DNA from: Dehalococcoidia bacterium
GTDB taxonomy: Bacteria; Chloroflexota; Dehalococcoidia; Lucifugimonadales; UBA3495
Assembly (NCBI GenBank): GCA_022827095.1
Contig: JAJDTP010000021.1
Span: 130,771 to 194,770, forward strand
Length of the DNA: 64,000 bases
Direction of reading: 5' to 3'
This document shows positions 1 through 6,999 of this stretch, piece by piece (position 1 is the first letter of the stretch; every line of letters starts with the position of its first letter). The notes under the pieces are model-generated. The model was not told the DNA's origin. It did not search any database and saw only the letters and a program-made list of their open reading frames with translations. Position numbers and translations under genes: made by a program.

Positions 1-1242
1 GACACGGGCGACGCGAGTGATCTGCGCCCGTCCGCCTTTCCCGCCCTCCGCAACGTCATCGTCCTCGGCGAAGACCGCCCGGCCGGAACAATCGACTGGG
101 ACGCCATGCTCGCCGGCGCCGACGAGGTGCCTGCCTCCGAGCTGGCCCACCGCGAGGCCGCCGTCAGCCCCGACGACACCTTCCTGCTCATGTACACGTC
201 CGGAACCACAGGTTTCCCCAAGGGCGTGATGCACTGCCACAACCCCATCCGCACCATAACCGACGCCGCTAACCGCATGGCGATGTCCTCCCGCGACGTC
301 ATCCTCATGTACCTGCCGCTGTTCCACTGTTTCGGCCTGTATGAGGGCCCGCTGATGTCATGGGTCACCGGCGCCCGCATCGTGCTGACCACCATGTTCG
401 ATGCCGGCGAGGTGCTCGGTCTCCTGGAATCGGAGCAGGCCACCGTGATGAACGGGTTCGACACCCACTTCTTCGACCTGACCCACCATCCCGACGTCGA
501 CCGCATTGACCGGAGCAGCCTGCGCACTATCCTGCTCGCCGTCGGCATGGCCTCCAGCGAACCGACGGCGCGCCTCACCCAGCAGAAGCTCTGCCCCTCA
601 CTCTCAGCCTGGGGCATGACCGAGGTCGGGGTCGGAGCCACCCGAACCTTCCTGGACGCCCCCGAGGACGACCGTTGCATTGAGAGCGGCCACCCGCTCC
701 CCGGTTACGAGTTTAAGGTCATCGACCCCGAAACCGGGGAAACCCTGCCCGCGTCGACCGTCGGCGAGTTGCTGGTCCGCGGCTACGCCGTCATGCAGGG
801 CTACTACAAGCGTCCCGACGCCACGGCCGAGGCCATCGACGACGACGGCTGGTTCCACACCGGCGACGTGGCGACCATGCGCGACGACGGCAGCATCCGT
901 TTCATGGGCCGCTACAAGGACATGCTCAAAGTCGGCGGGGAGAACGTCGATCCCACCGAGGTCGAGGCTTTCCTGCTGGAACACCCGGCGGTCAACAAGG
1001 TGCAGGTGATCGGCGTGCCGGACGAGCGCCTCACCGAGGTCGCCTGCGCCTGCGTGGTCGTCGAACCGGGCCAAGCCATCACCGACGCGGATCTGGACGG
1101 CTTTTGTCGCGGCAAGATGGCCAGCTTCAAGATACCGCACCACCTGGTCGTCATGGATGACTACCCGATGACCTCCAGCGGCAAGGTCCAGAAGTACCTG
1201 CTGCGCCAGATGGCCGCCGAGCGGTTGGGCCTAACCGCATAG
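1..1242 (+). CDS. AMP-dependent acyl-CoA synthetase/ligase (ANL superfamily), 5' end outside window
   Basis: Reading frame open from base 1 (ORF track 106..1242). Motifs YTSGTTGFPKGV, GWFHTGD and C-terminal SSGKVQK. Confidence 0.85.
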   Translation, partial: DTGDASDLRPSAFPALRNVIVLGEDRPAGTIDWDAMLAGADEVPASELAHREAAVSPDDTFLLMYTSGTTGFPKGVMHCHNPIRTITDAANRMAMSSRDVILMYLPLFHCFGLYEGPLMSWVTGARIVLTTMFDAGEVLGLLESEQATVMNGFDTHFFDLTHHPDVDRIDRSSLRTILLAVGMASSEPTARLTQQKLCPSLSAWGMTEVGVGATRTFLDAPEDDRCIESGHPLPGYEFKVIDPETGETLPASTVGELLVRGYAVMQGYYKRPDATAEAIDDDGWFHTGDVATMRDDGSIRFMGRYKDMLKVGGENVDPTEVEAFLLEHPAVNKVQVIGVPDERLTEVACACVVVEPGQAITDADLDGFCRGKMASFKIPHHLVVMDDYPMTSSGKVQKYLLRQMAAERLGLTA

Positions 1243-1243
1243 C

Positions 1244-1277
1244 GTCATTGCGAGCGCAGCGTGGCAATCTCGATGAC
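1244..1277. repeat. Short copy of palindromic repeat family 1 (GTCATTGCGAGCG...GCAATCTCG)
   Basis: gtcattgcgagcgcagcgtggcaatctcgatgac matches the left arm of the copies at 25193, 27077 and 39627. It lies between the ligase stop and the next gene start. Confidence 0.6.
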
Positions 1278-2034
1278 AGGGCCCTACATCGGCATCACCG
1301 GGTTTTGTTCCCGGAGTGAAGTCGACTCGGTGCTGGCGGCGCTTCTAGCAGAACCGAACCGCCGGCTCATGTGCGGCGTGCTCCTGAGCAACGCCCTGCT
1401 GTCCGGCGATGCCAGCGACGCCCCCAACCGCTGTCCTGCGCCTGATGCCATCGCGGGTATCTTTTCCGACGACCCCCGCTGCCTCAACCTCGTCCACTAT
1501 CGCCCGCAACCCGGCGCGGATGTGGCGGACGCGCTGACCCGCGCCACCGAGGTTGGGGGACCCAACTGCCACGGCGTCCAGATCAACGCCACCCGCGGCG
1601 CTCCCTGGCCTGAACCCAAAGCTCTGGTAGCTTACCGCGAACGGTGCGGCCCGTCTCGCATAGTCTTCCAAGCAGGACGCGAGGCGATGGAATCGGTCAA
1701 TCACCGGCCGGACGAGTTGGCCCGACGCTGCGCCGCTTATTCCGGCCTGGTCACCGACGTGCTGGTCGACGCTTCAGAGGGCCTGGGCCTCCCGCTGGAT
1801 GCGGTCCGCTCCGCCGACTACCTCGAGGCCATCCGCTCCGCCGCGCCGGAACTGGGCCTGGTGGTCGCCGGCGGTCTCCACGCCGGCAACCTTGCCGAAC
1901 TGCTATCCCCATTGCTGCCCCAGTGGTCCGCCGTCAGCATCGACGCCGAGGGCCGCCTCCGCGACGCCGACGACCGGCTGGATGTTGGGGCGGCGGCGGA
2001 GTATTTGGGGGCGGCGTCGCAGTTGTTTGGATAG
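1261..2034 (+). CDS. Phosphoribosylanthranilate isomerase (TrpF)-like TIM-barrel protein
   Basis: ORF 1261..2034. The GTG start lies inside the repeat, and ATG 1273 is an alternative start. IGITGF, VLVDASEG.G, VVAGGL..NL and SIDAEGRLRD follow the PRAI-family layout. Confidence 0.5.
   Translation: MAISMTGPYIGITGFCSRSEVDSVLAALLAEPNRRLMCGVLLSNALLSGDASDAPNRCPAPDAIAGIFSDDPRCLNLVHYRPQPGADVADALTRATEVGGPNCHGVQINATRGAPWPEPKALVAYRERCGPSRIVFQAGREAMESVNHRPDELARRCAAYSGLVTDVLVDASEGLGLPLDAVRSADYLEAIRSAAPELGLVVAGGLHAGNLAELLSPLLPQWSAVSIDAEGRLRDADDRLDVGAAAEYLGAASQLFG
1913..1975 (+). repeat. Direct repeat copy 1 (inside the 3' end of the TrpF-like gene)
   Basis: tgctgccccagtgGTccgccgtcagcatcgacgccgagggccgcctccgcgacgcc recurs at 2759..2820 with 2 substitutions and 1 indel (aligned by eye). 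Confidence 0.85.
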
Positions 2035-2078
2035 ATCAGCCAGTAGCGCAATAGCGTTTGTCAGTGCTGGCGGCGATT

Positions 2079-2414
2079 ATGGAAATACGTTTCAGCACGA
2101 GCAGACTCGAGAGGATTTTCAATTCCGAAAGGAACCTTACCAGGGAATACGGCCCTCGCAGGGTAAGAGCGATTATGAACCGACTACTCGTTCTTGAAGC
2201 GGCTGAATCCCTATCGCAAGTTTCAACCGCTCCTCCAGAACGGCGACACCAACTCACCCAGAACCGCGATGAGCAATACGCCGTTGATATCGGCCATCCA
2301 TACCGCTTGGTGTTTGTGCCTGACCACGCCCCAATTCCCAGACGTCCCGATGGCGGTGTTGATGCCGATTCGGTAACCGCCATCGTCATCACCGAGGTGT
2401 TAGACTATCACTAA
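2079..2414 (+). CDS. higB: HigB/RelE-family toxin (killer protein type)
   Basis: MEIRFSTSRLERIFNSE... and HPYRLVF... are typical of the HigB family. It lies 14 nt upstream of an HTH antitoxin gene. Confidence 0.7.
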   Translation: MEIRFSTSRLERIFNSERNLTREYGPRRVRAIMNRLLVLEAAESLSQVSTAPPERRHQLTQNRDEQYAVDIGHPYRLVFVPDHAPIPRRPDGGVDADSVTAIVITEVLDYH

Positions 2415-2428
2415 CAGGAGGCGCGAAA

Positions 2429-2722
2429 GTGGCGGAGAGAATTTATCCATACCGGCCTGATTACGCCACCCCTCCGGGATACGTGCTTCAGGATCACATA
2501 GAAGCCAAGGGTTTGACCCCTGCCGAGTTCGCCAGGCGACACTCGCTGCCGGTGGAACTTATCGAGGGCATTATCGACGGCAGCGCTCCGATTGATGCAG
2601 ATTTGGCCGCCCTATTTGGGCGCGCATTCAATCTTGAGGCTGAGGTCTGGCTCAATATGGAAGCAATCTATCGCCGCCGCCTGGAACGCAAAGCGGTGAC
2701 GGACGCCCCCTCCGCCGCTTGA
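2429..2722 (+). CDS. higA: HigA-family HTH (XRE) antitoxin
   Basis: PPGYVLQDHIEAKGLTPAEFARRHSLPVELIEGIIDGSAPIDADLAALFGRAF matches the HigA addiction-module antidote pattern. GTG start. Confidence 0.75.
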   Translation: MAERIYPYRPDYATPPGYVLQDHIEAKGLTPAEFARRHSLPVELIEGIIDGSAPIDADLAALFGRAFNLEAEVWLNMEAIYRRRLERKAVTDAPSAA

Positions 2723-2742
2723 CTACCTCCACCAACATCGAA

Positions 2743-2878
2743 AAACTGTTGTCGCCCCTGCTGCCCCAGTGTGCCGCCGTCAGCATCGACGCCGAGGGCC
2801 GCCTCCGCGACGCCCGACCACCTCAACACCAACGCAGCCATCGCCTATCTGCACGCTGCAGGACAGTTGCTGGACTGA
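2743..2878 (+). pseudogene. Displaced, frameshifted copy of the TrpF-like gene 3' end
   Basis: After correcting a 1-nt indel it translates to LLSPLLPQCAAVSIDAEGRLRDADHLNTNAAIAYLHAAGQLLD*. This is colinear with the real C-terminus LLSPLLPQWSAVSIDAEGRLRDADDRLDVGAAAEYLGAASQLFG*. Confidence 0.65.
2759..2820 (+). repeat. Direct repeat copy 2
   Basis: Near-identical to 1913..1975. Only higB-higA lie between the two copies. Confidence 0.85.
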
Positions 2879-2891
2879 GGCGGAAACCTCC

Positions 2892-3575
2892 GTGACCACG
2901 CTGACAGTCAAGCGCATCGTCTGCCTCGCCAATTCCCGCAAGAATGCCGGACGATGCATCGCCGGCAAGGAAATATCGGGCGACGCCAAATCGGGCCAAT
3001 GGATCCGCCCGGTCAGCAACCGTGAGAACGAGGCAGTCTCTGAAAGCGAACGGTTTTACGCCGATGGCACAGACCCGGAGATTCTGGACCTGATCGAAGT
3101 CCCCCTCCTCAGCCCCAAACCCAAAGCCTACCAACAGGAAAATTGGCTTCTGAACCCGTCTCGCCAATGGCGCAAGGTCGGTCGACTGGGCTGGGACAAT
3201 TTGACGCAACTGGCCGATCCCGACGCTCCGCTGTGGACCAACGGGTTCCACTCCCGGGGTGGCGAAAACGACCAGGTTCCGGTGGACCTCACGGCCGCGC
3301 ACGACTCCTCGCTTCGGCTGGTACGAGTCGATGATCTGACGGTGACCGTGTCCGAGCCGTCGCGCCCCAGCGCCAATTACCCGACATTGCGGGGACGCTT
3401 TAGCCACTGCAATGAGACCTACTGCTTCCGTATCACCGACCCGGCCAGCGAGAGCGGGTCGGTGGATCTGCCTTACCGCGAATACCCGGTCGGAGAGCGG
3501 TATCTGACAGTCAGCCTCGGCGAACCGTTTGAGGGCAACGCGCACAAGCTTATTGCCGCCATCATCAGGCCCTGA
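2892..3575 (+). CDS. Conserved-looking hypothetical protein with N-terminal KRIVCLANSRKxxGRCIAGKE motif
   Basis: In-frame GTG at 2892 within ORF 2769..3575 (the upstream part of that ORF is the repeat remnant). High GC3 codon pattern. I could not assign a family. Confidence 0.6.
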   Translation: MTTLTVKRIVCLANSRKNAGRCIAGKEISGDAKSGQWIRPVSNRENEAVSESERFYADGTDPEILDLIEVPLLSPKPKAYQQENWLLNPSRQWRKVGRLGWDNLTQLADPDAPLWTNGFHSRGGENDQVPVDLTAAHDSSLRLVRVDDLTVTVSEPSRPSANYPTLRGRFSHCNETYCFRITDPASESGSVDLPYREYPVGERYLTVSLGEPFEGNAHKLIAAIIRP

Positions 3576-3589
3576 CGGAGTATCACAGA

Positions 3590-4225
3590 TTGAATGATGC
3601 GCAGCCGATGGTCTTCACCGTCGGACATTCCAACCATGCGCCGGAGGTGTTCGTCAACCTGCTGGTGCGCCACGGGATCGACGAGATCATCGACGTTCGG
3701 TCGGCGCCGTACAGTCGGTACTCGCCTCAGTTCAATTACGAGGGCATCCAGCGGGTGCTGGACGATATCGGCATCGGTTATACGTACCTGGGCGGCGAGT
3801 TGGGCGGCCGCCCTGCCGACCGGGCGTGCTACGACGCGGACGGCCGCGTCCGGTACGATCGGGTGGTCGAAACCGACCCGTTTGACGATGGTATCCGCCG
3901 CGTCATCCGCTCCGCCGACGAGCGTCGCATCGCTTTACTCTGCACTGAAAAGGAGCCGCTGGAATGCCACCGTACCCTGCTGGTATCCCGCGTCCTGCAT
4001 GAGCGCGGCGTGCCCATCGCCCACATCCTGGCTGACGGCATCCTGGAAGCCCACGCCGACGCCATGCTCCGCCTCGTGGAAATCCACAAGCTGCCACCCA
4101 ACGGCGACATGTTCCGATCTCCTGCTGACGTCATTGAAGAAGCCCTGACGCGCCAGGCTCGCAAGTTCGCCTACGTAGGCGAACAGCTACCTATCGCTGC
4201 CGATGAGTGGGGATCCAAGGCATGA
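3590..4225 (+). CDS. DUF488 family protein (long form)
   Basis: FTVGHSNH...IDVRSAPYSRYSPQF...ALLCTEKEPLECHRTLL is the DUF488 pattern. The TTG at 3590 is preceded by GGAG, and ATG 3608 is an alternative start. Confidence 0.8.
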   Translation: MNDAQPMVFTVGHSNHAPEVFVNLLVRHGIDEIIDVRSAPYSRYSPQFNYEGIQRVLDDIGIGYTYLGGELGGRPADRACYDADGRVRYDRVVETDPFDDGIRRVIRSADERRIALLCTEKEPLECHRTLLVSRVLHERGVPIAHILADGILEAHADAMLRLVEIHKLPPNGDMFRSPADVIEEALTRQARKFAYVGEQLPIAADEWGSKA

Positions 4226-4659
4226 AGCTCTACACCATCGGCTTCACCCGCAAGTCCGCTGCCGAATTCTTCGGCTTGCTGCGGGAATCCGGCGCCAAGC
4301 GGGTGGTCGACGTGCGCCTGCGCAATACGTCGGGATTGGCCGGCTTTTCCAAGAAGAGCGACCTCCCGTGGTTCCTGCGCGAACTCTGCGACATGGACTA
4401 CGTCCACCTGCCCCGGCTCTCGCCCACCGACGCGCTGCTGGACGGCTACCGGAAGCGTGACATAACCTGGGACCAATACGAACCCATATTCCACTCAATC
4501 ATCGAACGCCGGCTCATCCGAGCGGCCATTCCGCAGGATATAATCGCCGACAGTTGCCTGCTATGCAGCGAGCACCAGCCCGACCGTTGCCACCGACGGC
4601 TCCTTGCCGAGCATCTGCAGCATCACTGGGGCGACGTAGAGATCATCCACTTAACATAA
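4222..4659 (+). CDS. DUF488 family protein (short paralogue)
   Basis: MKLYTIGFTRKSAAEFF...VVDVRLRN...CLLCSEHQPDRCHRRLL. There is an ATGA start/stop overlap with the preceding DUF488 gene. Confidence 0.8.
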   Translation: MKLYTIGFTRKSAAEFFGLLRESGAKRVVDVRLRNTSGLAGFSKKSDLPWFLRELCDMDYVHLPRLSPTDALLDGYRKRDITWDQYEPIFHSIIERRLIRAAIPQDIIADSCLLCSEHQPDRCHRRLLAEHLQHHWGDVEIIHLT

Positions 4660-4670
4660 GGAGGCGCAAG

Positions 4671-5621
4671 ATGTCGCAGGTCAACACTGTCCTTGGTCCC
4701 ATCGACTCCTCCGAGTTGGGTTTCACCCTCAGCCATGAGCACATCACCCTGGGCGCGGCCGGCGCGGCCGCAACTTATCCCGGCTTCCAGGACCGCCAGG
4801 CCATCGCCGACGCGGCTACGGCGGCGCTCAGCGAAGCCTACGAGGGTGGTGTCCGCAGCATCATCGACGTCACCACCTTCGACCTCGGCCGCGACGTCGC
4901 CATGATGCAGGAGGTTAGCCGCCGCTCCCGCGTCCACGCTATCCCCTGCACCGGTAACCATCTCGCCGTCCCCCGCATCTTCTGGGGCGCGCCCGTCGAC
5001 CGCGTCGCCGTCCTGTTCATCAAGGAAATCGAGGAGGGTATCGAGGACAGCGGCGTCAAAGCCGGCATCATCAAGGTCGCCAGCGACCGCGGCGGCATCA
5101 CCGACAACGAGGAGATCATCCTGCGCGCCGCCGCCCGCGCCTGCAACGCCACCGGTACCCGCATCAGCACCCATACCTGGTCGCCCGACCGCGTCGGCGA
5201 AGAGCAGGTGCGCATCCTGAAGGAAGAGGGCGTCGACCTCAACCGCGTCTACATCGGGCACAGCAACGACGACACCGACGTTGGCTATCTGATCGGCCTG
5301 TTGGAGGAGGGCGTCTGGCTCGGCCTCGACCGCTATCCAGGCGGGCGCACCCCCGAAACTCCCCGGTGGGAAACGCGCACCGAGGTAGTCAAGCAGCTTA
5401 TCGACGCCGGCTGGGCCCATCGCCTGATGCTGTCCCACGACCATTCCACCCCGGTGGTCCAGCCATCCGAGGAACTGCGCCAGGAGCGCGAGGAATTCAA
5501 TCCGGACGGTTATCTCTTCATCACCCGCAACGTCCTGCCGCGCCTGATTGAACTGGGGGCCACCGACGCGGACGTGCAGGCCATGATGGTCGACAACCCC
5601 CGCCGTTTCTTTGAAGACTGA
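4671..5621 (+). CDS. Phosphotriesterase-family (PTER/PHP) metal-dependent hydrolase
   Basis: ATG 4671 is preceded by AAGGAGG. GFTLSHEHI (HxH), VASD, HTW and SHD follow the amidohydrolase/PTE layout. Confidence 0.85.
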   Translation: MSQVNTVLGPIDSSELGFTLSHEHITLGAAGAAATYPGFQDRQAIADAATAALSEAYEGGVRSIIDVTTFDLGRDVAMMQEVSRRSRVHAIPCTGNHLAVPRIFWGAPVDRVAVLFIKEIEEGIEDSGVKAGIIKVASDRGGITDNEEIILRAAARACNATGTRISTHTWSPDRVGEEQVRILKEEGVDLNRVYIGHSNDDTDVGYLIGLLEEGVWLGLDRYPGGRTPETPRWETRTEVVKQLIDAGWAHRLMLSHDHSTPVVQPSEELRQEREEFNPDGYLFITRNVLPRLIELGATDADVQAMMVDNPRRFFED

Positions 5622-5633
5622 CAACGATAAACT

Positions 5634-5670
5634 CCCTCTCCCCGGTGGGAGAGGGCTGGGGTGAGGGTGA
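5634..5670. repeat. Left inverted repeat flanking the DUF559 gene
   Basis: The reverse complement of ccctctccccggtgggagagggctggggtgagggtga matches 6006..6043. It contains an internal hairpin ccctctcc/ggagaggg. Confidence 0.8.
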
Positions 5671-6020
5671 TGTCTCCAAAGCAACGCGCTCGAAACCTGC
5701 GACGCAACTCTACCGATGCCGAACGAGCTCTGTGGTTACTGTTCAGAGACCGACGGCTAAGCGGCCACAAGTTCAGGCGCCAGGTTCCCATCGGACCTTA
5801 CATCGTCGATTTTGTGTGTTATCAATCCAAACTAATTGTTGAAGTGGACGGTGGGAAGCACCAGGAACAAGGGCAATACGACAACACCAGAACCGCTTGG
5901 CTTGAGTCCGAAGGGTTCACCGTGTTGAGATTTTGAAACAACGACGTACTGACTAACCCGGATGGCGTGCTGGAGGTAGTTGCGTCCGTTTTGGAGCAAA
6001 GTCCTTCACCCTCACCCTAG
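5670..6020 (+). pseudogene. DUF559 (Vsr-like endonuclease domain) gene with in-frame TGA
   Basis: RNLRRNSTDAERALW...GHKFRRQVPIGPYIVDF...EVDGGKH...VLRF*NNDVLTNPDGVLEVV. The stop at 5934..5936 occupies the usual conserved Trp position (FWN). Confidence 0.7.
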
Positions 6021-6043
6021 CCCTCTCCCATCAAGGGAGAGGG
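6006..6043. repeat. Right inverted repeat flanking the DUF559 gene
   Basis: tcaccctcaccctagccctctcccatcaagggagaggg matches the reverse complement of 5634..5670. Confidence 0.8.
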
Positions 6044-6064
6044 GACAGCAATAGGTGAACTATC

Positions 6065-6943
6065 ATGAACATCGGCTTTTCGCTCTCCAACAACCAGGGT
6101 CTCACCAACGTCCAGGACGTGGTGAGCGTCGCGGCGCGCGCGGAGGAACTCGGCTTCGACTCCGTGTGGGCCAGCGACCATGTGTTCAACGTTAGCTACG
6201 TCTACGAGCGCCTCGGGAACCGTCCCTACTACGACCCGTTGACCATCCTCACCTTCGCCGCCGCGCAGACCCAACGGGTCATCCTGGGCACCAGCGTACT
6301 GGTCCTGCCCTACCACAACCCCATGCGCCTGGCGAAACAGGCGGCCACGCTGGATCAGCTATCAGGTGGGCGTGTTGCGCTGGGCGTCGGTGTCGGCGTA
6401 ATCGATACCGAAATCGAGGCAATGGGCGTGCCCTTCGCGGAGCGCGGGCCGTACACCGACGAGTCCATCGCGATCATGAAGACCCTGTGGTGCGACGACG
6501 ACCCGCGCCACGACGGCCGCTTCTTCCAGTTCGCGGACATGGCGTTCTCGCCCCGTCCGATCCGACCCGAAGGAATCCCCCTCATAATCGGTGGAACCAG
6601 CCGCGCCGCCATCCGACGCGCTGCCCGCCACGGCGACGGGTGGCACCCCACCGCCATGCCACCCGAGGACCTGGCCCAGGGAATCCGCTACCTGAACGAG
6701 CAGGCGGAACGGGCCGAGCGCGACCCGGCGTCAATTCCCGTGTCGGTGAGCGTCCCCTTGCAGGGTGGCCGCCCCGGGCACTTCGCTCTCGGCACGGAAC
6801 CTGCGGAAATGCGGGCCAACGCCCAGGCTTTCGCTGATATCGGCGTTTCCCGCATCGTGGTCTCGCCCTATTCCGGCGACCCCGACGTGGTCTTCCCCGC
6901 GATGGAGACCGTGGCCGCCGAGGTTATGCCGGCCGTCGCGTAA
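6065..6943 (+). CDS. LLM-class (luciferase-like) F420/flavin-dependent oxidoreductase
   Basis: GFDSVWASDH, TSVLVLPYHNP, LDQLSGGRVALGVGVG and GGTSRAAIRRAARHGDGW are typical of the LLM family. Confidence 0.8.
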   Translation: MNIGFSLSNNQGLTNVQDVVSVAARAEELGFDSVWASDHVFNVSYVYERLGNRPYYDPLTILTFAAAQTQRVILGTSVLVLPYHNPMRLAKQAATLDQLSGGRVALGVGVGVIDTEIEAMGVPFAERGPYTDESIAIMKTLWCDDDPRHDGRFFQFADMAFSPRPIRPEGIPLIIGGTSRAAIRRAARHGDGWHPTAMPPEDLAQGIRYLNEQAERAERDPASIPVSVSVPLQGGRPGHFALGTEPAEMRANAQAFADIGVSRIVVSPYSGDPDVVFPAMETVAAEVMPAVA

Positions 6944-6999
6944 GTCGCGTTCCAAATTTCGTACCATCCCATTCCGGCCGCGCCCATCGGAGATCGACC

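Noticed and set aside
4623-5684. A long ORF (353 aa) antisense to the phosphotriesterase gene. Similar long shadow ORFs occur at 25481..26986(-), 28299..29174(-), 29651..30751(-), 32102..33037(+), 37028..38686(-), 39901..41115(+), 40670..41839(+), 43875..45833(+), 47763..48719(-), 50644..51771(+), 54609..55376(-) and 58982..60091(+).
   Set aside because: Each lies opposite a gene with clear family motifs. Their translations are Arg/Gly/Pro/Ala-rich low-complexity strings, which is typical of stop-codon-poor antisense frames in high-GC DNA.
5934-5936. The in-frame TGA in the DUF559 gene as possible Trp or selenocysteine recoding.
   Set aside because: Many well-supported genes in the window terminate with TGA, so TGA is a normal stop here. 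I saw no SECIS-like hairpin immediately downstream. A simple TGG to TGA nonsense mutation is the simplest reading.
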